A stretch of DNA of 60,596 nt, from positions 1 through 60,596 of the forward strand of contig JBIIGQ010000001.1 in NCBI GenBank assembly GCA_044236365.1. Reading direction: 5' to 3'. The position numbers and the translations under genes were made by a program. A model generated the notes under the pieces. The model did no database searches and was not told where the DNA came from. It worked only from the letters and a program-made list of their open reading frames with translations. Shown here piece after piece: positions 18,908 through 27,744 of the stretch (the first letter of the stretch is position 1; the number at the start of each line of letters is the position of its first letter). This stretch comes from Candidatus Limnocylindrus sp. Lineage in GTDB: Bacteria; Chloroflexota; Limnocylindria; Limnocylindrales; Limnocylindraceae.

Positions 18908-19771
18908 CTACGCCGACGGCGCTGGTGCAGCGGTTGGCGTTGCCGCCTCGTCTGCAGTTGGGTTGATGCCGTTCTCAGCAAGAATTGGTGCGTACCCCTC
19001 GCGCTCCAAGCGGTGCGCAAGATCTGGACCGCCTGATGCCACGATGCGACCGCGCGCGAGCACGTGCACGAACTGTGGCTTCAAGTAGTCAAGGAGCCGC
19101 TGATAGTGCGTGATCACCAGCACGCCAAGCTCTGGTGAGAGCATCGTGTTCACGCCTTCAGCAACGATGCGCAGCGCGTCAATGTCGAGGCCAGAGTCGG
19201 TCTCGTCAAGGATCGCCATCTCTGGCTTCAGCAACGCCATCTGCAGCATCTCAAGGCGCTTCTTCTCGCCGCCCGAGAACCCGTCATTCACGTAGCGCGT
19301 CATGAACGCCTCGTCCACCTTGAGCTGCGTGAGCTTCTCCTTGACGAGTTTGCGGAACTCGCCCATCGTCATGCCGCCCTTCACTGGGTCCGACGGATCG
19401 AACTCAGGATCGCGCACTAGGCCAGAGCGACGTGCGTTCATTGCGGTGCGCAAGAAGCTTGCAACGGAGAGGCCCGGAATCGAGGTTGGATACTGGAAGG
19501 CGAGGAAGAGGCCGAGTCGCGCGCGCTGGTCGGCGCTGTAGTCGAGAAGATTTTCGCCCTTCCACGTCACGCTGCCCGAAACGATCTGATAGCTCGGGTG
19601 TCCCATCAGCGCGTAGCTGAGGGTCGTCTTGCCGGAGCCGTTCGGCCCCATGATTGCGTGCACTTCGCCCGGCTTGATCGTGAGCGAGATCCCCTGAAGG
19701 ATGTGCTTGCTTGGGTCGCTCGACGGTGCGACGACGAGATCCTTGATGACCAGATAGGCGTTCTCACTCAT
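18908..19771 (-). CDS. sufC: Fe-S cluster assembly ATPase SufC
   Basis: Walker A GPNGSGKTT, signature FSGGEKKR and Walker B AILDETDSGLD. Pro/Ala/Thr-rich C-terminal tail. Confidence 0.9.
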   Translation of the reverse strand: MSENAYLVIKDLVVAPSSDPSKHILQGISLTIKPGEVHAIMGPNGSGKTTLSYALMGHPSYQIVSGSVTWKGENLLDYSADQRARLGLFLAFQYPTSIPGLSVASFLRTAMNARRSGLVRDPEFDPSDPVKGGMTMGEFRKLVKEKLTQLKVDEAFMTRYVNDGFSGGEKKRLEMLQMALLKPEMAILDETDSGLDIDALRIVAEGVNTMLSPELGVLVITHYQRLLDYLKPQFVHVLARGRIVASGGPDLAHRLEREGYAPILAENGINPTADEAATPTAAPAPSA

Positions 19772-19787
19772 GTGCGTCTCCTCTCAC

Positions 19788-20279
19788 TCAGTGCTTGGTT
19801 GGATTACTCAGGGCGATTGGTGAACCCGGCTTGGCAAGATCAGCGAGGGTAAATGAATCGAGCGCCTCGTTGACCGAGTCGCGCACGCGGCTCCAGAGCT
19901 GGGTGACAGTGCAGTTGCCGGCGCGGTTGCAGGAGCTCCCCTCTTCGGCGAGGCAGGCCATCGGCACGATGGGGCCTTCAAGCGCCTTGAGGATTGCACC
20001 CATGCGCACCTCGTTCGCTGGTCGGGCGAGGCGGTAGCCGCCGTGGGCGCCGCGCTGGCTGTCGATGATGCCCGCGTCGCGCAGGCCGCCAATGATCTGC
20101 TCGAGGTAGGCGCGTGGCAGATCTTCCTGCTCGGCGATGTCTGTCAGCGAAACCGGCTCACCGTGATCCATGCGGGCAAGGGCGACCATGAAGCGCACCC
20201 CGTACTCACCGCGCGTGCTGAACGCGACGGCGCCGCTGCCGTGCAGGCCGCGGGTGCTGAGTTCCTGGTGTTCGGTCAA
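19788..20279 (-). CDS. Rrf2-family transcriptional regulator (IscR-like, Cys-containing)
   Basis: STRGEYGVRFMVALA winged-helix N-terminus and a Cys cluster CLAEEGSSCNRAGNC. TTG start with AGGAGG upstream. First gene of the suf operon. Confidence 0.85.
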   Translation of the reverse strand: MTEHQELSTRGLHGSGAVAFSTRGEYGVRFMVALARMDHGEPVSLTDIAEQEDLPRAYLEQIIGGLRDAGIIDSQRGAHGGYRLARPANEVRMGAILKALEGPIVPMACLAEEGSSCNRAGNCTVTQLWSRVRDSVNEALDSFTLADLAKPGSPIALSNPTKH

Positions 20280-20298
20280 TGCGCCTCCTAGGGGGATA

Positions 20299-20317
20299 TC
20301 TGACAGGTTTTGTCGGA
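20299..20317. promoter_or_regulatory. imperfect inverted repeat, candidate Rrf2 operator
   Basis: TCTGACA-GGTTT-TGTCGGA, with 6 of 7 positions complementary. It lies 20 nt upstream of the rrf2 start in the divergent intergenic region. Confidence 0.25.
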
Positions 20318-20337
20318 GTTCAGATTACCCTATCCCC

Positions 20338-21360
20338 ATGAGCCAAACCCTTGAACGACTGATCCGCCTCTCGAACGCCCTCCCTGCGGGATTTACGGCG
20401 CACCCCTGCGACGTTGAGCGTGATGTTGCCGAACTGGTCGCCCTGACCAACGCGAACTACCACGCGGTTGGGTACCCGCTGCTGCACAGCGAGGGCGATC
20501 TACGCGAAGACCTCACGAGCTTTGGCATGGACCCGGCCATCAATACCATCGTCGTTCGGGCGCCGACTGGAGCGATCGCCGGGTGGGCCTGGGCGATCGG
20601 CGACACGGATTCAGAGAAACCACGCGCCTACCTTGATGGGGATGTGCACCCACTCTTCCATGGCATTGGACTCGGTCGCGCCCTTCTTGGGTGGTCGCGG
20701 GATCGTGCGGAAGAGATGCTCGCTCCGTTCCCTGGCGCAACCATCCAAGCCCACTGCGTTGAGCTTGACCAGCGCGTACAACGACTTTATGTTGCCGCCG
20801 GCATGCGACCGATTCGCTACTACTCCGACATGCTGCTGCGCTTCGCCGACCGCCCAACCAGCAGCAAGCTGAGCGATGCGCCGATCCCTGCCGGCTACCA
20901 GTCACTGGCGATTGCCGATGTCAACGTTGAGGCGCTGCGTGTGCTGAAGAACCGCTGCTTTGCCGATCACTGGGGAAGCTCATCAATGTCGCCCATCGAG
21001 TGGCAGGAGTATCTCGCGGCAGAGTCGATGCGGCCGGCGCTCGGCGAGGTGATCGCTGACGCGAGTGGTGAACTTGTGGCCTATCAACTCACCGGCGCGT
21101 TCCCGCAAGACGCCAACACCGTTGGCCACGTGCTCTGGGTGAACAACCTCGGCGTGCATCGCGAGCATCGCAATCGTGGGCTCGCTCGGCTGCTGCTGGA
21201 GCGACATCTGATTCGCGCACAGGCCGATGGCTACGAGGGGTCAATGTTGGGTGTTGATGCTGCGTCACTCACGGGCGCGAACAAACTCTATGAAAGCGTT
21301 GGATACAAACACCACTCCGGCGCCGTGCGCTACATCCTTGGCGACGCGGAGTTCTCCTAG
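20338..21360 (+). CDS. GNAT N-acetyltransferase with two GNAT-like halves (MshD-like architecture)
   Basis: About 340 aa from the ATG at 20338. Two acetyl-CoA-site-like blocks: VHPLFHGIGLGRALL and VHREHRNRGLARLLL. Confidence 0.7.
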   Translation: MSQTLERLIRLSNALPAGFTAHPCDVERDVAELVALTNANYHAVGYPLLHSEGDLREDLTSFGMDPAINTIVVRAPTGAIAGWAWAIGDTDSEKPRAYLDGDVHPLFHGIGLGRALLGWSRDRAEEMLAPFPGATIQAHCVELDQRVQRLYVAAGMRPIRYYSDMLLRFADRPTSSKLSDAPIPAGYQSLAIADVNVEALRVLKNRCFADHWGSSSMSPIEWQEYLAAESMRPALGEVIADASGELVAYQLTGAFPQDANTVGHVLWVNNLGVHREHRNRGLARLLLERHLIRAQADGYEGSMLGVDAASLTGANKLYESVGYKHHSGAVRYILGDAEFS

Positions 21361-21368
21361 GGAGTTCG

Positions 21369-21986
21369 CTAGTCTCGAACGGGCGTCTGCGAAACGGATC
21401 GCGTAGCCGAGGCCTCGAGCTTCTCCGCCTGGCGCGCGAGCAGCCAGAGCAGATCGGCGAGGCGATTCAAGTATGCGAGCAGGTGTTCGCCCGGAAGCAG
21501 ACCTTCGCGGCCGAGTGTGACGCACCAGCGCTCTGCACGACGAATGATCGTGCGCGCAAGTTCAATTGCCGACGACGCCTTGCTCGAACCTGGGATCACG
21601 AAGTCCTTCGGGAACTCGATCACCGCTTCGGTGGCGGCGAGCAGCGCGTTGATGCGCGCCAGCATCTTTGGTGAGACCTTGGTGCGCCCCTCTTCGAGAC
21701 GGTTCCATGCGTCTGGATTCGTGGCGAGTTCAGCGCCGATCACAAAGAGGTCGCGCTGAATCGAGAGAATCGTTTCGTCGAGCCCGGCAATCCCCTCGCC
21801 GGTGAGTCCGATCAGTTCGGCGCGCGCCATGCCGAGTGCGGCGGTGGCTTCGTCAATGGTGCCGTACGCCTCGGTGCGCACATCATCTTTCGAAATGCGG
21901 TCGCCACCAAAGAGGAGACCGGTGGTACCGGCGTCACCCTTGCCGGTGGCGACCTTGCTTGGTGGCAGCTTCAGTTCGTCGCTCAC
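21369..21986 (-). CDS. pduO: PduO-type ATP:cob(I)alamin adenosyltransferase
   Basis: 205 aa with GKGDAGTTGL and DDVRTEAYGTIDE motifs typical of the PduO/MMAB family. Confidence 0.85.
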   Translation of the reverse strand: MSDELKLPPSKVATGKGDAGTTGLLFGGDRISKDDVRTEAYGTIDEATAALGMARAELIGLTGEGIAGLDETILSIQRDLFVIGAELATNPDAWNRLEEGRTKVSPKMLARINALLAATEAVIEFPKDFVIPGSSKASSAIELARTIIRRAERWCVTLGREGLLPGEHLLAYLNRLADLLWLLARQAEKLEASATRSVSQTPVRD

Positions 21987-22303
21987 CAGGCGAGACCCGC
22001 ATCCTTCGGATCCCAGCGCTCAGCGAGCAGTGTGACCTTTACCGGATGCTCGAGCACCGATTCGGCCGCCTCTTTTACCTGCGCGAGCATCGAACCCGCG
22101 TATGGGCAGAACGGTGTGGTGAGGATCATCTTCACTTCGGATTCGGTCTCGCCCACGAGCACCTGGCGAATGAGGGCAAGCTCCACCACGTTCATGCCGA
22201 TCTCGGGGTCAACAACCGAACGAAGCGCATCGAGAATGGCGAGTTCAGTGGCACGCTTCTGCGCGTCAAACGGCGTGATTGGGGCGAGTGTCTCTTCAGT
22301 CAC
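21983..22303 (-). CDS. sufT: DUF59/SufT-like Fe-S assembly protein
   Basis: 106 aa with a VVDPEIGMNVVELALI and TTPFCPY pattern. 4-nt overlaps with both neighbouring genes. Confidence 0.8.
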   Translation of the reverse strand: MTEETLAPITPFDAQKRATELAILDALRSVVDPEIGMNVVELALIRQVLVGETESEVKMILTTPFCPYAGSMLAQVKEAAESVLEHPVKVTLLAERWDPKDAGLAW

Positions 22304-22575
22304 GCGAGGGCCAACTCTGCAGGTGTGAGGTCTGGACCCTTGAGTGCGCCGTTCGCGTCGAAGAATTCGGCGTAGTGCTCGCGGTTCGCCGCAGCGAATT
22401 CGTACGCACGTGCAATGCCGACGATGCGCAACTCTGGCATCTCTTTCAGGAGCTGTGCGCCGTCAAATCCGGCTGCGCGCAGTTCAAGCAGTCGTCGAAC
22501 GGTGAGGCGTGTGCCGTACAAGAATGGCTCGCCGTTCATGACGAGCGGGTCGGTGTGCACCCACTTGATGGTCAT
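22300..22575 (-). CDS. DUF433-domain protein
   Basis: From MTIKWVHTDPLVMNGEPFLYGTRLTVRRLLEL, a DUF433-like pattern. The ATG at 22575 is 2 nt after the upstream stop. Confidence 0.6.
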   Translation of the reverse strand: MTIKWVHTDPLVMNGEPFLYGTRLTVRRLLELRAAGFDGAQLLKEMPELRIVGIARAYEFAAANREHYAEFFDANGALKGPDLTPAELALA

Positions 22576-22577
22576 GG

Positions 22578-23060
22578 TTAGGCTCCCTTGTAGATGGCGG
22601 CGAGGATGCGGTTGCGCTTGCGCATGTCGCCTCCGAGTCGGCGGTGCCACTTCAGTACGGCGATCCCTTCGAGGAGTGCGCGATCGGCGAAGGTGGCGGC
22701 CTCACCGGCGAGCACCGTGGCAACGGCGATGCGCAGACCCTCGTACAGATCGGTGACGTCATCCATGGAAATGCGACGGCGGCGCCAGGTTGGCGTGCCG
22801 TGTTCGGTGAAGCTCTTCAGTGGGGTGATGCTGCCAGACGCGACGCTCTCGGCGAGCTTCTCGAGCACCACCTGGCCATCACGCATCAGGTGGCGCAGGC
22901 CGATGTCGCCGACGCGGTCGCGAAGTTCAGGATTGCGCTCAACGGCGGCCACGATGGCGCGGCCGGCGAGCTGCTCCCACTGGGCGGTGAGCGGCGCAAC
23001 GGCGCTCGGGAACCCGGCGGTGTGGTCGAGGGGTCGGGCGCCGTGCAGTGGGTGACTCAT
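22578..23060 (-). CDS. hypothetical protein (helical, soluble)
   Basis: 160-aa ORF with high GC3 in this frame. No family recognised. Confidence 0.5.
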   Translation of the reverse strand: MSHPLHGARPLDHTAGFPSAVAPLTAQWEQLAGRAIVAAVERNPELRDRVGDIGLRHLMRDGQVVLEKLAESVASGSITPLKSFTEHGTPTWRRRRISMDDVTDLYEGLRIAVATVLAGEAATFADRALLEGIAVLKWHRRLGGDMRKRNRILAAIYKGA

Positions 23061-23098
23061 GTGGTGAAGGGTACCATCGCGCCCCGCAAGGGAGCCCG

Positions 23099-23611
23099 CT
23101 ACCAGAGGTCGTCGCCCTCGCCCTTTACCGGCGTTCGCGTGCGATTCAACGCGTGGTCTTCGTGCTCACTCGCCGCCTTACGCGCCGCATCGATTGCCGC
23201 CTGGAGTGCTCCCGCGCCGCCGACCAAGCCGTGCGGCGCCTCGAAGAGGTGGTCGGGAAGGCCCGCCTTCTCGTCGCGCGCGCGGCCCTTCGTTTCGCCA
23301 AGGAAGGGCATGCCGAGTCGCTCCACCGCGTCGAGCGAAGCGCGCAGCACCGCACCCTTGGCGGCCACCACGGCGCGCACCTCGTCGGCCTCCTCTTGCT
23401 CGCTAATCTGTCGGCCGCGCAGTGGCTGCGCAATGCGCCCCACGTCGAGCCAGGCCTGGTGGTAGCGATCCATCTGCCCCCATGCTGACGCCAGTAGTGC
23501 GTCGCTTGCGGCGAGCCAGGTGTTCAGCGCCGCGCGCGAAGGAGCGCGCGCAATACGATCGCCCTGATCGATCAGGTCTTGCGTCTGACGAACGAGATCT
23601 TCGCGCTTCAT
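23099..23611 (-). CDS. hypothetical protein
   Basis: 170-aa ORF with coding-like GC3. No family recognised. Confidence 0.5.
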   Translation of the reverse strand: MKREDLVRQTQDLIDQGDRIARAPSRAALNTWLAASDALLASAWGQMDRYHQAWLDVGRIAQPLRGRQISEQEEADEVRAVVAAKGAVLRASLDAVERLGMPFLGETKGRARDEKAGLPDHLFEAPHGLVGGAGALQAAIDAARKAASEHEDHALNRTRTPVKGEGDDLW

Positions 23612-23617
23612 GCGCGG

Positions 23618-24031
23618 TTAGCGATCGCCGGCGGCGCGGTCGTTCTTGGCGAAAGCCGTCAGTTCGGCGCGGCAGGACTCGTGTGCCTTGGCAACCTGGC
23701 GCTCGAGCCAGCCTGTCATGCGCGGTGAATCTTCGAGGGTAACCACGGGGCCCTGATCGCCATCCTCCACAATGAATCCGGTCGTGGTGCGGAAGTCGCT
23801 GAACCAGTTGGCCTGCAGCTGCAGCAACTCGTCAGCCACCACGCGGCGCTCAAAGAGCCAATCAAGGTGTGCGGCGTTCAGCGCGTCGGCAATGTCGGCG
23901 AGTCGCTCACGAGCGCCACGGCCCCGACCCAACATGAGTGTGGCGACACGCACTGCCGTAAATGGCGAGCGCGCCTCGGCAATCACCGGCGGCCAAGGGA
24001 GCGGAAGTGTGGCGTTATCGGGCTTGCTCAT
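23618..24031 (-). CDS. hypothetical protein
   Basis: 137-aa ORF, 6 nt upstream of the next gene. No family recognised. Confidence 0.5.
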   Translation of the reverse strand: MSKPDNATLPLPWPPVIAEARSPFTAVRVATLMLGRGRGARERLADIADALNAAHLDWLFERRVVADELLQLQANWFSDFRTTTGFIVEDGDQGPVVTLEDSPRMTGWLERQVAKAHESCRAELTAFAKNDRAAGDR

Positions 24032-24066
24032 ACGGTCCAGTATCGCACCGTCGGAAGCGCGAAGAG

Positions 24067-25593
24067 TTAGAGCAGCTCTCCGTGCGCCGCGGCGCTCGGC
24101 TCGCCCTCTTTCGGACGTGGCTCAGTACCTGCTGGGAGCACCTCAAGCGGTGCGCGTGATGTGCCCTCAACGGCACCGCCGATGCCGAGTGGCTGCCACT
24201 TCGATGGGTCCTGCAGGCGATGCGCCTCGGTGTTGCCACGGCTGTGCATCTCGGCGTGGCCCTTCGGCTCGATCCACATCTCGTGACCGGCGAGTAGACC
24301 GAAGATGCCCTCTTGGCCTGGCTCGGGTCGCGACGCGCGGCAGTCTGGGCACTTCGCCGCGTCGTGACGCGTGTAGTGCTCGGGCTCTTCGTAGGTGCTG
24401 ATGTAGCCCTCGTAGTTGCGCAGCACCACCTTGTGGTCGCTGTACGAGATCAGGTAGTTCGGCATCACTGGAATCTTGCCGCCACCACCTGGTGAGTCAA
24501 TGACGTAGGTCGGCACCGCGTAGCCGCTGGTGTGACCGCGCAAACCCTCGATGATCTCGAGGCCCTTACCCACTGGTGTACGGAAGTGGCCAGACCCTTC
24601 GACCAGGTCGCACTGATAGATGTAGTACGGGCGGATGCGATTCTCGACGAGCTTGTGCACCAGCTTGCGCATGATGTGCACGCAATCGTTGACGCCCGCA
24701 AGAAGCACCGACTGATTGCCAACTGGAATGCCGGCGCGCGTGAGCTTGTCGACGGCGCGTGAAACCTCTGGCGTGATCTCCTGCGCGTGGTTGAAGTGCA
24801 GGTTCATCCAGAGTGGGTGGTACTTGGCGAGCATCTCGCAGAGCTCGTCGTCAATGCGCTGTGGCATGAAGACCGGCACGCGTGAACCGATGCGAATGAT
24901 CTCGATGTGCGGAATGTCGCGCAGGCCGCGCAGGATCTTCTCAAAGAGCTTTGGCGCAAGGGTGAGCCCGTCGCCACCGCTGATGAGTACGTCGCGCACC
25001 TGTGGGGTGCGGCGCAGGTAGTCGAGCTGCGCTTCGTGATCCTTGCTGTTGAAGTTCTGGGTTGGGTCGCCCACGATGCGCGATCGTGTGCAGTAACGGC
25101 AGTACGAGGCGCACTGCGTGGTGACGAGCATCAGCACGCGGTCGGGGTAGCGGTGCACGAGGCCTGGCACTGGGGAGTGACGGTCCTCGCCGAGCGAGTC
25201 TTCCATCATGGCGGTGAAGGCCTGCTGCTCGGAGCCAACCGGAATCACCTGGCGGCGGATTGGATCGTTCGGATCCTTCGGGTCGATCAGGCTGATGAAG
25301 TACGGGGTGATGTCGACGCGGAACTTCCCGTCGGCGGAGAGGCCTTCGCGCTCGTCGTCGGTGAGCTCGAGGATCTCACCGATCTCTTCGAGCGAGTTGA
25401 CGCGGTTGCTGAGCTGCCAGCGCCAGTCATCCCACTGCTCGTTCGGCACATCAGCCCACTTCGGTGCGCGACGGCTGCGGAGTGGCTGGCCATCGGCGCC
25501 AAGCGCCTTGGCTGGATCGCGCGGATTCACCCAGGCAGCATCGGCGGCGGCGGTCGCGGCGGCGTTGCTCTTCAGGATCTCCGTTGCGTCCAT
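24067..25593 (-). CDS. kamA: lysine 2,3-aminomutase family radical SAM enzyme
   Basis: CASYCRYCTRS radical-SAM cluster motif, with overall KamA-like sequence including SGGDGL and PYYIYQCD. The ATG at 25593 has AGGAGG 6 nt upstream. Confidence 0.9.
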   Translation of the reverse strand: MDATEILKSNAAATAAADAAWVNPRDPAKALGADGQPLRSRRAPKWADVPNEQWDDWRWQLSNRVNSLEEIGEILELTDDEREGLSADGKFRVDITPYFISLIDPKDPNDPIRRQVIPVGSEQQAFTAMMEDSLGEDRHSPVPGLVHRYPDRVLMLVTTQCASYCRYCTRSRIVGDPTQNFNSKDHEAQLDYLRRTPQVRDVLISGGDGLTLAPKLFEKILRGLRDIPHIEIIRIGSRVPVFMPQRIDDELCEMLAKYHPLWMNLHFNHAQEITPEVSRAVDKLTRAGIPVGNQSVLLAGVNDCVHIMRKLVHKLVENRIRPYYIYQCDLVEGSGHFRTPVGKGLEIIEGLRGHTSGYAVPTYVIDSPGGGGKIPVMPNYLISYSDHKVVLRNYEGYISTYEEPEHYTRHDAAKCPDCRASRPEPGQEGIFGLLAGHEMWIEPKGHAEMHSRGNTEAHRLQDPSKWQPLGIGGAVEGTSRAPLEVLPAGTEPRPKEGEPSAAAHGELL

Positions 25594-25677
25594 GTCGTGC
25601 CTCCTACTCCCAGGCGGGTGCCCCTTGGGGGCTGGATAGGGAGTATGCACGCTGCATAGGGCTCTGGGTAGCCCCCG

Positions 25678-26616
25678 CTAGGTGAGGAGCGTGACCGCCG
25701 CAGGGCGCACGGTGAAGCGTGCGGGGAGGCGCCCCACGATCTCGCCGTCGGCCTCGATCTCGATGGCACGTGCGGCAGGGCCGCCCGCAGGAGCAGCGAA
25801 CACGTCGGCCCCCTGAGAGACGGTCACCTTCGGGTGCGCGTAGTGCGTCCCCTTATAGAGGAGTGGCAGGCTGACCACAAAGTCGCTACGGGCGATGTCG
25901 CCGAAGCGCACCACTTCAAATCGCCCATCGTCGATGCGTGCGGTTGGCGCCACGTGCATGCCGCCGCCGAACCAGGCGCCATTGGCGATCGCCATGGCGG
26001 CAACGGGTCCACTCTCTGGCGCGTGCTCGTCTACTCGCGCCTCAACAAGATCGGGGGCGTAGCTCACGCCGGCACGAACGGTGGCAAGGCCAAACGCGAG
26101 TGCACCTGCATGGCGCTTGAGCTGCGGATACTCCTCAAGCGCATGGGCGATGCGGGCCGTGACCCCGAACGAGGCAATGCTCAGAAAGAGGCGTCGCTGC
26201 CCCGATGCGAACTGGATCTCGCCGATGTCAATCGTGCGCGGTGCGCCAGAGCGAGCAAGGTGCCGTGCCGCCTCGATTGGCTTGCGACTCGCACCAATCG
26301 TGCGTGCGAAATCACGCCCTGTTCCCGCAGGGAGGAGCGCAAGCTGTACGGCGGCAATGCTGCCATCAGCCTGCAGTAGGCCGTTAAGGGCCTGGCTCGC
26401 GGTGCCGTCGCCGCCGAGCACAGCGATGCGCGTTACCCCGTTCGCCACCGCTTCGCGCACGATGCGCTCAGCCGGGCGAACTTCACCCGCACGCGTGACG
26501 GCAATCTCAAACTCGCCCCACGGCTTCAGCTCTTCGAGCACACGTGAGAGTACGCGACCCGCGCGACCCGCACCCGCGGCTGGATTGACGACCAGGAGTG
26601 TGCGCAGTGAACTCAT
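25678..26616 (-). CDS. diacylglycerol/lipid kinase family protein (YegS/BmrU-like)
   Basis: 312 aa with LLVVNPAAGAGRAG and IAVLGGDGT motifs. Confidence 0.8.
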   Translation of the reverse strand: MSSLRTLLVVNPAAGAGRAGRVLSRVLEELKPWGEFEIAVTRAGEVRPAERIVREAVANGVTRIAVLGGDGTASQALNGLLQADGSIAAVQLALLPAGTGRDFARTIGASRKPIEAARHLARSGAPRTIDIGEIQFASGQRRLFLSIASFGVTARIAHALEEYPQLKRHAGALAFGLATVRAGVSYAPDLVEARVDEHAPESGPVAAMAIANGAWFGGGMHVAPTARIDDGRFEVVRFGDIARSDFVVSLPLLYKGTHYAHPKVTVSQGADVFAAPAGGPAARAIEIEADGEIVGRLPARFTVRPAAVTLLT

Positions 26617-26619
26617 GAT

Positions 26620-27744
26620 CTATCGCGCGACGAGGAAGCCGCGGCCGATCGGATCGTTGTCATCAAGGACGAAGCGAGAACTCCCCGTCATGTGTGCGCT
26701 ACCCCGCACCTCGGGGATTACGGCGCTGCGGCCGGCCCACTCTTCAGTACGAACAACACGGCCAAGAAACACTGATTCGCGTCCGAGAATGGATTCAATC
26801 GCAATCTCTTGGCCGGTCTGCACGTCGCCTCGTGCATGAAGTACAGCGAGTCGTGCCGAAACACCGGAGCCAGTTGGTGAGCGATCAACCTCACCCTCGG
26901 CGAAGAGGCAGAGGTTGCGTGAGTGATGCGCTGCATCTTCGGGGGGTCCCGAGATGATCGTGCCGTACAAGAACGAGAGGTCTTCCTCTTTGGGGTGCGC
27001 AACACCGAGTGCCGTGGCGAGCGCGCCACCACTGCGAAGCGCAGCACGGCCCGCTTCGGTAATTGCACGACCCGCAGCGGCGAGCGCGGCTGCGTTTTCG
27101 GCGCGCATCTCAATGCCGAGCTGTGAAGCGCTGATCAGCGCATAGAATGCGCCGCCGTAGCCAACGTCAACGGTGAGCGATCCGTAGCCAGGAACATTGA
27201 TGACAACGTCGAGCGCTGCGGCGAACGATGGAACGTTCTCAAAGGTCACCTCGTGCACGCGTGGTGTGCGCCCAGATGCGTGCGCAGCGGCGAGCTCGTT
27301 CTCGTGCACATGTGCAACGGCACGAACTAGGCCGCACGGTGCATCAATGCCAATTGGCGTTGCTACACCAGTCGCTGCGATCGCGCCGCTCTCCACGAGT
27401 GCCGTGGCGAGTGCAATAGTGCCGTGGCCGCACATGGTGGAGTACCCCTCGTTGTGCATGAAGAGCACGCCGACCTGCGCCTCGTCGTGATCAGGTGGCA
27501 CGAGAATGCCGCCATACATGTCGGCGTGACCGCGTGGCTCCCACATCAACATCTTGCGCAGATGATCGTGCTGCTGCAGCGCAGAGCGACGTCGCTCCAG
27601 AATGTTCGTGCCGGCGAGTTCTGGGTAGCCGCGCACGATGATGCGGAAGGGTTCTCCTGCCGTGTGATAGTCGAGCACCTCAATGGCGGCGCCCGATGCG
27701 GCGGGCGGGGCATCAGCGCGCAGGTGCGGCACAGGTCGACTCAT
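26620..27744 (-). CDS. proline racemase-family enzyme, predicted trans-3-hydroxy-L-proline dehydratase
   Basis: The first catalytic site, STMCGHG, retains Cys. The second site reads DRSPTGSG, with Thr where racemases and epimerases have Cys. Confidence 0.8.
   Translation of the reverse strand: MSRPVPHLRADAPPAASGAAIEVLDYHTAGEPFRIIVRGYPELAGTNILERRRSALQQHDHLRKMLMWEPRGHADMYGGILVPPDHDEAQVGVLFMHNEGYSTMCGHGTIALATALVESGAIAATGVATPIGIDAPCGLVRAVAHVHENELAAAHASGRTPRVHEVTFENVPSFAAALDVVINVPGYGSLTVDVGYGGAFYALISASQLGIEMRAENAAALAAAGRAITEAGRAALRSGGALATALGVAHPKEEDLSFLYGTIISGPPEDAAHHSRNLCLFAEGEVDRSPTGSGVSARLAVLHARGDVQTGQEIAIESILGRESVFLGRVVRTEEWAGRSAVIPEVRGSAHMTGSSRFVLDDNDPIGRGFLVAR

Noticed and set aside
24907-25659. 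250-aa plus-strand ORF opposite the lysine 2,3-aminomutase gene
   Set aside because: Antisense shadow of a gene with a clear CxxxCxxC radical-SAM motif.
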